Origin: Sedimentisphaerales bacterium
GTDB lineage: Bacteria > Planctomycetota > Phycisphaerae > Sedimentisphaerales > SM23-30
Assembly: GCA_963666285.1 (NCBI GenBank)
Contig: OY762711.1
DNA length: 64,000 bases
Reading direction: 5' to 3' (one strand)
A program made the translations under genes and the position numbers. Each line of letters starts with the position of its first letter. The first letter of the stretch is position 1. Positions 30,195-39,688 of the stretch are shown piece after piece. The notes under the pieces are model-generated. The model was not told the DNA's origin. It did not search any database and saw only the letters and a program-made list of their open reading frames with translations.

Positions 30195-31442
30195 CTATAC
30201 TTGCATTCTGGTATTGATTAACTGCACTGCTGTTAAAGCCCCGTCCTTTTCTGCTCGAAGAGCATTAGAAATTTCAGTTAACTGCCCTTTTATAGTTTCA
30301 TTAGAATCAATCTCCAATAGTGCCTGTTTAAAGATAGAAGGATCAAGCCTGTTTAGCCTAAGCTTTTTTCCGGCATTCATCATTTCTACCCTGAAAGCAT
30401 TATCAAACTGATCATAACCGAATGGAACTACTATACCCGGAACACCTGCTCTCAATGTTTCGCCTGTCGTATTTATGCCGCCATGATGAACAACAACATG
30501 TGCTTTGGGAAAAATACTGCCAAAAGGAGCAAAAGGAACTGTAAGAATACTATTATCTTTATCGTTATACTTTTCCAGTTTCGGGCCAACCAGAAGTAAA
30601 GGCCTTTTTAACTGCTTGCATGCAGGAATTATGTTATCATATACTCTATGTCCGTGCATTGCTGCTGTCGAGCCCATACCGACAATAACCGGCTTTTGTT
30701 CCTGACTAAAAAAACGGGCAATTTCCGGCGGCATCTCATGCCAGTCTATTACATGGTCATCACGGAAATAACCGCAAACATGTGAATTTGGTGGGTCATC
30801 AGAAGCAGAAGGACGAAAGACAGATGACCATGCTCCCAGATTTAACATAGCTTTGGAAAAGAGAAAATTCCAGCTGCCATAACAATTTGGTACTGAAATT
30901 TCCCGGCACGCTTTTGCAAATTTTAACCTCAATGACTGGACAAATATCGGTTGAATACACTTTGCTAAAAGCCTGTGTAACCAGACCGGAGGCTGGTAAT
31001 AGCTATAATGACTTGGCTGCTCAACTGACATCCAGCCCGTCGGTGTTGTCATAAGAATACAATATGGCAGTTCTGCCTGAAGTGCGGCAAAAAGCCCGCC
31101 CATTTCCAATAGGTGGCTTACTACAAGATCAATTTTTTCTGCTTTTACAGCTTCTGATGCTGCCGGATACATTACTTTCATACCCGGTATAACTAATTCT
31201 TCAAACAAAGCTTTAGGCCCCTTATGTTTATCAAGAAATCTGGGTGCCTGCTGCAGAAAATCAAACAGATCTACATATTCCCCGGCAGGAATAAAATTTA
31301 AGCCGGCATTGGAAATATTTTTTTCATAATAAGGATTTGCCAGAAAAAACACATCATGCCCGGCATGCTTCAAAGCACGCCCCAAAGCAAGAAATGGATT
31401 GAAATCTCCGGAAGAGCCAAAACTGCTAAGCAATATCTTCAT
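30195..31442 (-). CDS. GT1/GT28-like glycosyltransferase
   Basis: GSSGDFNPFLALG, HHGGINTT.E, PFGYDQFDNA. Confidence 0.88.
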   Translation of the reverse strand: MKILLSSFGSSGDFNPFLALGRALKHAGHDVFFLANPYYEKNISNAGLNFIPAGEYVDLFDFLQQAPRFLDKHKGPKALFEELVIPGMKVMYPAASEAVKAEKIDLVVSHLLEMGGLFAALQAELPYCILMTTPTGWMSVEQPSHYSYYQPPVWLHRLLAKCIQPIFVQSLRLKFAKACREISVPNCYGSWNFLFSKAMLNLGAWSSVFRPSASDDPPNSHVCGYFRDDHVIDWHEMPPEIARFFSQEQKPVIVGMGSTAAMHGHRVYDNIIPACKQLKRPLLLVGPKLEKYNDKDNSILTVPFAPFGSIFPKAHVVVHHGGINTTGETLRAGVPGIVVPFGYDQFDNAFRVEMMNAGKKLRLNRLDPSIFKQALLEIDSNETIKGQLTEISNALRAEKDGALTAVQLINTRMQV

Positions 31443-31467
31443 ATCATTACCAAAAAGAAGATGCTAT

Positions 31468-31503
31468 AAAAAAAGCCTGCCGTAAACAAATTCGACAGGC
31501 TTT
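31468..31503 (-). terminator. Intrinsic terminator after hisB
   Basis: AAAGCCUGUCG...CGGCAGGCUUUUUUU on minus strand. Confidence 0.7.
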
Positions 31504-31522
31504 GTATATTTGAATTGTCAAA

Positions 31523-32113
31523 CTAAAGCACACCTTTAGTACTTGGTATCTGGTCGCTGCCGGGCTTTACGGCTACTGCCTGGGCAAGTGCCCTGCCAAG
31601 AGCTTTGAAAATGCCTTCGGCAATATGGTGGTCATTAGAACCATAAGGCACATTGATATGCAAATTGATCATTGCATTGTTTACAAAAGCCTGGGTAAAC
31701 TCTTTGGTTAACTGGGTATCAAAGGCACCAATTTTATCAGAAGAAAACTCCGCGTTAAAAACCAGGTACGGTCTGCCGCTGAGATCAACAGCACAGTTTG
31801 CCAATACTTCATCCATAGGTACCGATGAAGAACCGTATCTTGTAATTCCACGTTTATCGCCAAGAGCCTGTGAAAACGCCTGGCCAAGAGTAATACCTAC
31901 ATCTTCAACTGTGTGATGATCATCAATATGCAGATCGCCGACAGCTTTAAGCTTTAGATCAAAGCCGCCATGCTTAGCCAGGTGACTTAACATGTGGTCA
32001 AAAAAGCCTATACCGGTTTCAAGCTCATATCTGCCGCTGCCGTCAAGGTTCAGCTCCAGCCATATCTGCGTTTCTGTTGTATTTCGTTCAATTGTAACAG
32101 TTCTTGATGACAT
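31523..32113 (-). CDS. hisB: Imidazoleglycerol-phosphate dehydratase
   Basis: GFFDHML, IDDHHTVED, PMDE, NDHHIAE, PSTKGVL. Confidence 0.97.
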   Translation of the reverse strand: MSSRTVTIERNTTETQIWLELNLDGSGRYELETGIGFFDHMLSHLAKHGGFDLKLKAVGDLHIDDHHTVEDVGITLGQAFSQALGDKRGITRYGSSSVPMDEVLANCAVDLSGRPYLVFNAEFSSDKIGAFDTQLTKEFTQAFVNNAMINLHINVPYGSNDHHIAEGIFKALGRALAQAVAVKPGSDQIPSTKGVL

Positions 32114-32140
32114 AATAAATACTAACCCAAGTATCGAATA

Positions 32141-33490
32141 TTACTCTATAACTTCATATTCTTCATTAATTTTGATCAAAGTATACATCATACCTGCATC
32201 AACATCTTTTTTCTTACCGGTACGCTGCTCCGGGAATAGCTGGTTTCCATCCAGGATCATCAGGTATTCAACATCAAGCAAATCCTTTAGTACCTGGCCT
32301 TTTTCAATATCAAAAACAGCTTCAGAAATAACCTTTGGCTCCTGCAAATCGCTGTTTTGTTTAAGTATCATTTTGAATGGATCACCGGCAGCCGGAGGTT
32401 CAGGCATACCTTCCGGTACTGTATAAAGAGGCTCGATAGAAGTCTTAACGTTCAGGATATTATCTCCTTCAGTGAAATTGTCAGGGACATATATCATTCT
32501 CATTGCTTTTGCATTCAACATAGCATCTGGAATTTCCTGGTAAGCATCCCAACCGCTTGGCAGCACTTGGCCACCTTCACAAGCTTTGATAAAAGGACGC
32601 TCTATGATATTCCTGACACTTTCTTCGCCGATAAGATAACTTACACGACTATTGTCATCAACAGTAACATGAAGTTCTTCCAGCAATTTATCATGATCCA
32701 GAAGTTCATGAATAGTACCGTCTTTTCCAACTTTAACAGTTACTGATTTACCGGCAACACCAGGTTCACCTTTCCAGGTAGAAGTGGTTTTTTCCGGGGT
32801 ACTAATATAACTGTTTTCCTTGGTCTTCTTTTGAACATTACTTGCAAGTGTCAGTTTAACTTCATCAAAAGTAAGTTTTATTGTTGCGGTTCCCTGGCCG
32901 TCAACATCCTGGACTTCACGCGAAATTATGTATTCCAACTCTGTTGTCCTGCGACCGGTCTCTGACGGTTCCTTACCCTGCATTTCGACCCAAACACGAT
33001 TTAAAGTATTCTTACTATACCGGATTTTATCTTTTTCACCGGCGGTATATTTTGTGCAGATGATAGCTACAGGATCCTCTATAATGACTTCAGGCTCAGA
33101 AACTGTTCCTTCTTCGGCCTGAGCAGACAACTTAGTCATACGGTCAAGGGCAGCTTTACGAACGATCTTATCGTCATGCTCAATAGCAATATTTTTCAGT
33201 TCTGCAATGTCAGTTATGTTCTGAATCCTTTCGACCTCAGTCGAAAATTTAGATATCTGATCCAGAGCCGCCTGTCGAACCTCACTATCTGCGTGGTCAA
33301 GAGCTATATTTTCAAGCATAGCAATATCTGTCATACCCTGGACATCTTCTACTGTCACCTGGGCTATTTCGACAGCCGCAGAATCTGTTTCAGATACAGT
33401 TGCATCGGGTGTATCTTGAGGCTGGCTACAGCCAGAAATAAACATAAATGCTGTGAAAGCAATAACTAACAAAAAAACCACTTTTTTCAT
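32141..33490 (-). CDS. Hypothetical lipoprotein with duplicated HEAT-like repeat and beta-rich C-terminal domain
   Basis: Lipobox FISGC; repeats TDIAMLENIALDHADSEVRQAALD / TDIAELKNIAIEHDDKIVRKAALD. Confidence 0.65.
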   Translation of the reverse strand: MKKVVFLLVIAFTAFMFISGCSQPQDTPDATVSETDSAAVEIAQVTVEDVQGMTDIAMLENIALDHADSEVRQAALDQISKFSTEVERIQNITDIAELKNIAIEHDDKIVRKAALDRMTKLSAQAEEGTVSEPEVIIEDPVAIICTKYTAGEKDKIRYSKNTLNRVWVEMQGKEPSETGRRTTELEYIISREVQDVDGQGTATIKLTFDEVKLTLASNVQKKTKENSYISTPEKTTSTWKGEPGVAGKSVTVKVGKDGTIHELLDHDKLLEELHVTVDDNSRVSYLIGEESVRNIIERPFIKACEGGQVLPSGWDAYQEIPDAMLNAKAMRMIYVPDNFTEGDNILNVKTSIEPLYTVPEGMPEPPAAGDPFKMILKQNSDLQEPKVISEAVFDIEKGQVLKDLLDVEYLMILDGNQLFPEQRTGKKKDVDAGMMYTLIKINEEYEVIE

Positions 33491-33644
33491 TACAAACTCC
33501 TGTTTCAGTGACTCTTCTCTTAAAACAAAAAATTGATACTAGTTTAAATTATCCAGATTAACATCCGGACAACATTAATATATGCTAATTGATTATAATT
33601 TACAACAAATAATTACTCGTAAACCGCTCTTGCTGCACGGGTTG

Positions 33645-34643
33645 TCAGTTACCCGGCAATTGATCGATTTTTTTATCTACCATATAAAACATGCGAACTT
33701 TGCGCTTCTGGTTCTTTCCAGAAGATTTTTTCAACCTGTCCGGCAATACTTCAACGACAGTCCTGTCAAACTGCTTTACAAAATCCCCTTCTTTGGTATA
33801 AGCTATACAGCCCTGACCAAAAACAGAAACCGCAGAATGAGTGCTTGTCTTGTACTTATCATCAATATCAGTTGGAGGCTCCTGATCATTATCCAGCTGG
33901 CCCGGTAGTCCCTCGCACTTTATGTCGTAATATACCTTTTGGGCCTCCTGCGGCCAATCGGCAGTGTCTTTTTCAAGTTCTCCGGCTTCCCTGACAAATC
34001 TCTGACCCTCAAAAGTAGGAATACTAGGAACAGTAACCATATTGCTCCCTATCAATGAGCCAACCGAAAGATTCTTGCTTTCAACTCCGTTATAAAAGCC
34101 GGGAGATACATATTCCTTGAGCCTGTCTTCCTGCAAAACCATAATCGCCTGGTTTTCCGCATTCAGTTTATCGTTTGCCTGGCCTTTCATATACTTTTTA
34201 ATTTCAGGGTCTATGTCTTTCAACTCTATAACACGACCATTTTTATCAACTACTGCTGAGTAACTTTTGCCTGCAAGCTTTTCAAAAGCCTGGACAAACT
34301 TATCCTGCATTTCCTTACGTTTGCTTTCCTTTGTATTTACCTTGGTATCTGTACTACTGTATTCGAAAACATAACCAAGGGTAGAGAGTTTTGCATCCAG
34401 TTTATCAATAGTGGCTACAACAGTAGCATTACCATTACTGTCAACATCGGTTACATCAAATGAAATTTCCATCGTCGTGGTTTTATCATCTGCATTATTA
34501 AAAATTGACATACTCAACTTACTGCTGATCTCTACTTTTCGAGAAAAGCTGTCACCTTTTTTGAGGGTAAGTTTGTCACAGCCAGACAAAGCCAGACACA
34601 TTATGAAAACCATAACAATTTTCAACCAAAAACTATTTTTCAT
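33645..34643 (-). CDS. Hypothetical lipoprotein, distantly similar to its neighbour
   Basis: MKNSFW..LALSGC lipobox; shares VTDVDSNGNATV and AGKS..V..+.G.+.EL with 32141..33490. Confidence 0.6.
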   Translation of the reverse strand: MKNSFWLKIVMVFIMCLALSGCDKLTLKKGDSFSRKVEISSKLSMSIFNNADDKTTTMEISFDVTDVDSNGNATVVATIDKLDAKLSTLGYVFEYSSTDTKVNTKESKRKEMQDKFVQAFEKLAGKSYSAVVDKNGRVIELKDIDPEIKKYMKGQANDKLNAENQAIMVLQEDRLKEYVSPGFYNGVESKNLSVGSLIGSNMVTVPSIPTFEGQRFVREAGELEKDTADWPQEAQKVYYDIKCEGLPGQLDNDQEPPTDIDDKYKTSTHSAVSVFGQGCIAYTKEGDFVKQFDRTVVEVLPDRLKKSSGKNQKRKVRMFYMVDKKIDQLPGN

Positions 34644-34793
34644 ATTCAGCTCCATAAATAAAACGGAAAATCTTAATATCTGTCGGAATATATTTACTAC
34701 AGGAAATAAGACACCGAAGTTCGTACCCAAATATTAATTAATGAAATAATACATCTCTACTTTCATAACAGCTGATAACAGCTGAGCTTGCCA

Positions 34794-36857
34794 CTAAATA
34801 AACTCTAACAGTCGACAGCCGCGACTTGCCAGAACTTTTTTCACCGCAGCCTCTTTTCTCCTGGCATTACCGGTCATAAAATCAACGATAGCAATATCTT
34901 TGAATTTACTTAGCAGTAAAGTTATGGGACCATCTTCTGCTCTGGCCTCAAAACCTTTGATACCGCCGGCAAATAATTCCGGTTTATATACCAGAATCCA
35001 GTCAAAATAACTGCCAGATAATATGTCGGCATTTCTGGAACTATTGTTTATTTCATTATTTATATCAGGCTTAGATTTTTTGACGCCACAAGGGATAAAT
35101 CTCAGATTCTCCAGATTAGTAGAAGAAGAATACATATAGAAGTCCTTGCTATTTTCCAGGCAATACCAGAAACCTGACTCCTGCGAGGCATATTCCTGGT
35201 TCTGGTTAAATATGGATTCTGTAGATTCACTGTTAAAGTCTGTAAAGATCTTTTCCAGCATGCCGTCCTCCGAAGCAGACGCCAGCAACACATTTTGCCC
35301 TTTCAAGGAAAGCGATATTGCCAGGTTTACGACATATCTGGGTGAGGCCTTTGACTTGTCCAGCGATGATATGAGAACTCCGGTTTCTTTCCTATGAGGC
35401 TTCTTCAGCAACTGATGAACCAGCCTGTCATAACTTTCTACCCACCAGGGTTCAAAATCATGCAAATTCCCGGCTGGTGTCGGCTTTGGCTTTTCAATTT
35501 TATACGTCTCGGCATTATCGGACACTCCGACAGAAGTATCAGCCCGCTCATGTTCGAGAGGCACGTTAGTATCCGCCAGTTTCATCGAATCAGAAAAACT
35601 TTCATTTGCTATTACATTAGGACAGCTGATATCCACTCTGCACAATGACTCTATCTTGCAATAGATTGTCATACCTATAAACCAGCCTAATATTATCGAA
35701 AGCGAGATCGTCAGTATCTGGAGAAAACTGTAGGTCTTATATGTCTTGATCTCTCGTGCCGGCTTTTCGAAACTGAATTTACTAAAGTAAGCAGATGCTT
35801 CCTCCAGATTCCCTTGCTCGGCAATTTCATCTGTGCTGCCAGAAATATTCAGCGGCTGACTAACAAATCCCTGGACAAAAGTGATATCATCTTTCAGCTG
35901 ATCGATAGATTTTTTCATCAGTTGCATTTTATAGCGAACTGACTCGCATTTTTCTTTCTCGTCGATTAGTTCCCGGCTCGGATTATTAACCGCTAACACA
36001 ACCTCAGAAAAATTACTATCTTCTGACAGCTTCTTTTCAAATTCATTTATGTCTGCAATGATTTTCTGCCTTTTAGCGAAAACCCTGTTTTTATCTACAT
36101 CTATAGAATCAAGGTCAGAAGAAGAATTACAACGGGCAGCACGAAAATCCAGCTCCTTCTGTTCCTGGTCCAACTGTTTAAGCTGTGTCCTTAGATTATC
36201 AATACCTTTACTCAGTTCATTATTACTGTCGCCTTGATTTCTATTTGTTTCTGCATTATTGTCCTTATCCGGAGTGGTCATCAAATCAAGAATTTTCTGT
36301 TCATGCTGATCAAACTGAACCTTGAGCATATTATACTCATGTTCCATCTCTTTCAGTTTCTCGGTATTCTTCTTTATCCACAATTTTATCTTATAATCGC
36401 TGCCGCCTACCTCCAAAAGATTTTCAGCAGGGTCAACTTCCGATAGGTGACAACAGTTGATAAAATTACTAAACTTCTCTGTATAGTCAAGATTGTTATC
36501 TTCATTGCTGCCATTCTGTTTTATATCCGGAAATACAGCATACACCACAAGAGTATTGGTCGTAATATCGTAATCAGCTTTTAATCGGGGAGCTATATTT
36601 TCACGAAACCTGGAATATGCAATATTCTTAAACTTAATAAATTTTAATTCCAGGAAATTCCTTTTCTGCCAGCTTAGCACAAAATCGTCATCAACAGTAT
36701 ATACAAACTCCTGGCTGTACACCCTGTCAGAAGGTAGATAGTTATCAGCGGCAAACCAGACAGCTGTACCGGTTATAGCCGAAAAGACAATTCCCAATAA
36801 TACCCTGGCTAATAGTCCAGGTCTGAAAAGCACATTGTCATTATCTCTGCCTGCCAT
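34794..36857 (-). CDS. Wzc/GumC-like membrane protein with degenerate BY-kinase-like domain
   Basis: TM, coiled coil, TM, then VLISS..VNLAISLS..GQNVLL and ENLRFIPCG lacking the Walker A GK. Confidence 0.5.
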   Translation of the reverse strand: MAGRDNDNVLFRPGLLARVLLGIVFSAITGTAVWFAADNYLPSDRVYSQEFVYTVDDDFVLSWQKRNFLELKFIKFKNIAYSRFRENIAPRLKADYDITTNTLVVYAVFPDIKQNGSNEDNNLDYTEKFSNFINCCHLSEVDPAENLLEVGGSDYKIKLWIKKNTEKLKEMEHEYNMLKVQFDQHEQKILDLMTTPDKDNNAETNRNQGDSNNELSKGIDNLRTQLKQLDQEQKELDFRAARCNSSSDLDSIDVDKNRVFAKRQKIIADINEFEKKLSEDSNFSEVVLAVNNPSRELIDEKEKCESVRYKMQLMKKSIDQLKDDITFVQGFVSQPLNISGSTDEIAEQGNLEEASAYFSKFSFEKPAREIKTYKTYSFLQILTISLSIILGWFIGMTIYCKIESLCRVDISCPNVIANESFSDSMKLADTNVPLEHERADTSVGVSDNAETYKIEKPKPTPAGNLHDFEPWWVESYDRLVHQLLKKPHRKETGVLISSLDKSKASPRYVVNLAISLSLKGQNVLLASASEDGMLEKIFTDFNSESTESIFNQNQEYASQESGFWYCLENSKDFYMYSSSTNLENLRFIPCGVKKSKPDINNEINNSSRNADILSGSYFDWILVYKPELFAGGIKGFEARAEDGPITLLLSKFKDIAIVDFMTGNARRKEAAVKKVLASRGCRLLEFI

Positions 36858-37127
36858 AGTTTGTAAATTATTCTCTCTTATATACCTCTAGTGCCACGAA
36901 TGTCTCTTTCGCAAACAAGCTCAATATATACATTATACATAAATATCACGGAAGAGACGACAAAATGCCTGCTAGAAAAATATATAATACCATATCGGGG
37001 GCACAAAGTCCATATTCCGTCCAATAATCATGGAAACCTGCTATCTGAACCGCTTAATAGCCTTGCGGTAACTATCTAAAACAAAACCACTTACGATTTA
37101 CAACGCTTATATTCGCCAATCAAATAT

Positions 37128-37154
37128 TAAATACGGTTCCGATTATGCCGATTA
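37128..37154 (+). promoter_or_regulatory. Sigma28 (FliA/SigD)-type promoter
   Basis: TAAA-N15-GCCGATTA, one mismatch from the TAAA-N15-GCCGATAA consensus. Confidence 0.65.
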
Positions 37155-37204
37155 TGTTACTAAATAATACGATTGTAACAACTAACTTTTAGAAGGAGTA
37201 TTAT

Positions 37205-37390
37205 ATGTCTATCAACTTTGACCCGGAATACATCAGGAAGCTAATTATGGAAGCCAACCAGCTGCTTACAGATGACAACATTGACAAAGAATCTCGTTCT
37301 GCACTGCAAAAATGTCTGTTTTCGATCCAGGCCAACGAAAAGACATTCTCCGTCTGCGGCCCTGGCGATGATGAAATCGATAAAGAATAA
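37205..37390 (+). CDS. Small hypothetical protein (61 aa)
   Basis: AAGGAG RBS, upstream sigma28-type promoter, downstream hairpin CCCCATA..TATGGGG. Confidence 0.65.
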   Translation: MSINFDPEYIRKLIMEANQLLTDDNIDKESRSALQKCLFSIQANEKTFSVCGPGDDEIDKE

Positions 37391-37430
37391 CACTCCACCA
37401 GTTACCTGTTGATATAATAAAAAATAACAA

Positions 37431-37467
37431 GGCCCCATAACTAAATAATATGGGGTTTCTTCTTTTT
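37431..37467 (+). terminator. Putative terminator after small ORF
   Basis: GGCCCCATA-N10-TATGGGGTT then T-rich tail. Confidence 0.55.
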
Positions 37468-37589
37468 AAACCATGCTTGAAAATATATAACCATTGTAAT
37501 CATTATCTTTGCTGTATATTAACATCGTTTTTTTGTGCTGTAGCTCAAATTCACTAGCACATGCAGTTTTTATTTATTATATTTCCTGC

Positions 37590-38483
37590 ATGAATACATT
37601 TAAAACAAAAATTATCACTACACTTGCTGCGATAGCATTAACATCAGCTACTTGTTTAAGTTCTCTAATCGAAAATGTTAATTCAACCGGATTTGCTGTT
37701 TATTCAGGCCAAAAACTCTCTACCGGCACCAATGTATCAGTAGATGGAAACACCGGATCAGGTGGCAGCACATGGCTGGCTAATAATACCAATATTGACG
37801 GCAGTGTTTATTCCGGTACCGGATTTTCAACAGGAAGCAATGTTAACATAACAGGATCTGTAACATACGGAAACAGTTTCTGGATGGGCAATAACAGCAG
37901 TGTTGGCGGTGACACACTTCAAGGCAGTTATAATATTGATTCAATCGATATCCCTTCAATTTCGTCCGGCAATGAAAGCTTGTGGTACAAAAAAGATTCG
38001 ACCATAGACCTGGACCCCGGCAGCTACGGCTCGCTTAGTATTTCCAAAGGCAGTAAAGTTTATCTTTCAAGCGGCACATATGACTTCAAAAGTGTATGGT
38101 TTGATAAAGATATAGAAATTGTCCTGAATACCAGCGAGGGTGATATCATTATTAACTCTGCTGGATCCTTCTCAACCGGACAAAATGTTACAATATCAGG
38201 AGATAGCATAAATTCAACTTACATTGTTTCCGGCAGCAGACTGTCACTCGGCAACAATAACAATATAGCCGCGTCACTAATCAGCAGTGCTGGTATTTCT
38301 ATCGATAACGGTTCGATAATTGATGGAATTGTTTATGCCAACCAGGAAGTCTGGCTTTCGAACAATGTCTCTGTTACCGGCTTCACTAATTTATCAAGAG
38401 TTCCTGTACCGGAACCGGCAACCGCACTATTACTGCTTTCTGCATTTCCTTTTGTCCTGAAAAAGACAAGAAATAATAAATAA
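37590..38483 (+). CDS. PEP-CTERM surface protein, Ser/Gly/Asn-rich probable beta-solenoid
   Basis: Signal peptide MNTFKTK..; repeated (F/L)STG.NV.(I/V).G; C-terminal VPEPATALLLLSAFPFVLKKTR. Confidence 0.85.
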   Translation: MNTFKTKIITTLAAIALTSATCLSSLIENVNSTGFAVYSGQKLSTGTNVSVDGNTGSGGSTWLANNTNIDGSVYSGTGFSTGSNVNITGSVTYGNSFWMGNNSSVGGDTLQGSYNIDSIDIPSISSGNESLWYKKDSTIDLDPGSYGSLSISKGSKVYLSSGTYDFKSVWFDKDIEIVLNTSEGDIIINSAGSFSTGQNVTISGDSINSTYIVSGSRLSLGNNNNIAASLISSAGISIDNGSIIDGIVYANQEVWLSNNVSVTGFTNLSRVPVPEPATALLLLSAFPFVLKKTRNNK

Positions 38484-38516
38484 CCAATCTGTCTAAAATA
38501 GCTGACATGACCTCAG

Positions 38517-38546
38517 GGGCAGGATTATACGATCCTGCCCTCTTTC
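38517..38546 (+). terminator. Intrinsic terminator
   Basis: GGGCAGGAT-TATACG-ATCCTGCCC-TCTTT. Confidence 0.7.
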
Positions 38547-38614
38547 GTTTATAGGGTACTTCTAGAAATTGCTTTTGTTGCGAAATAAAGGATCGATTAA
38601 AGAAACAAATGCGC

Positions 38615-38653
38615 AAAAAAAATGGCCGCCGTAAACTTTCGTTTTCGACGACC
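38615..38653 (-). terminator. Intrinsic terminator after response regulator
   Basis: GGUCGUCG-A-AAAC-GAAA-GUUU-A-CGGCGGCC-AUUUUUUUU. Confidence 0.8.
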
Positions 38654-38715
38654 CTGGAACTAATGGATCTCATATATCGCCTAGTGCCTCCTGGCAATAT
38701 AGAGCCGGGTGTTTT

Positions 38716-39312
38716 TTAATGAATAATAGATAGTGTTTCTTCTATACAATCGACCATGTCTTGCAGGTCGAATGGTCTGCAGAGATATGAATCAAATCCC
38801 TGCTGCATAAGGGCTCTTCCTTCCGCTTCAGTAAGAGTTGATGTGACAGCTACAATCCTGGTACCCTGCAACTCAGGGTTAGATCTGATAATATTGCACA
38901 CTTTACTTACATTTATATCATCCAGCATAAGGTCTATAAACAAAATATGCGGCCTGAACTGCTCGGCTATTATACCTGCATCGAAACCACATTCTGCGAC
39001 CTGTACATCAAAACGGTCTTCTTTATTTAACTCAGTAGCAATTACTTCACGCATTTCTTCTTTTGAGTCAACCAGCATAACTCGTGTTGTACCGGCATCC
39101 AGACCATTAAGCGGCATTCCATGTGCCTTCATAAATCTAATCAACTGGTCAAGAGGAATACGCCTGTCTTTGCTGCCCGGAATACGGTAGCCTTTCAGCT
39201 GGCCGGAATCGAACCATTTTGATACTGTTCTTGGGGCAACATTACAAATTTTGGCAACCTGACCGGTTGTTAATACATCTTTTTTATTGTCAACTGTATT
39301 TGGCTGTTTCAC
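38716..39312 (-). CDS. Response regulator with N-terminal excisionase/MerR-like HTH and C-terminal receiver domain
   Basis: LTTGQVAKICNVAPRTVSKWFDSGQLKGYRIPGSKDRRIP; ILFIDLML; YLCRPF; GTG start. Confidence 0.85.
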   Translation of the reverse strand: MKQPNTVDNKKDVLTTGQVAKICNVAPRTVSKWFDSGQLKGYRIPGSKDRRIPLDQLIRFMKAHGMPLNGLDAGTTRVMLVDSKEEMREVIATELNKEDRFDVQVAECGFDAGIIAEQFRPHILFIDLMLDDINVSKVCNIIRSNPELQGTRIVAVTSTLTEAEGRALMQQGFDSYLCRPFDLQDMVDCIEETLSIIH

Positions 39313-39616
39313 TTTAACACCCTGTTCTAATTATCAAGGGGAGAAAGTCTTCTCCGTTCCACTAGCAAGCTCTCTCCGCGAACCACTATTCTATTGTTTA
39401 TTACCTCAGCTCCTCTTGCACCTTTTTCTTCGACAAATAGTACTCGTCAATTAACCGGCACTTCTGTTTTTATTAAAAAATTATGAAAATCCGTACTTTT
39501 TAGGTCTGAAAATTGAAAAAAGCTTATATTTGTTATTAGTTATAGGACCTTAACTGCTGTTTTTACCCTGTTTGCCGGATATTATTCATGCAATAATTTA
39601 GATATTTTTTAAAAAA

Positions 39617-39649
39617 TAAAAACCTGTTTGCTATGAAACAAACAGGTTT
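39617..39649 (-). terminator. Terminator after purB
   Basis: AAACCTGTTTG-N8-CAAACAGGTTT. Confidence 0.65.
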
Positions 39650-39688
39650 AATGCTTATTACTGTAATTCTGGCATGCCCAAAATGGAC

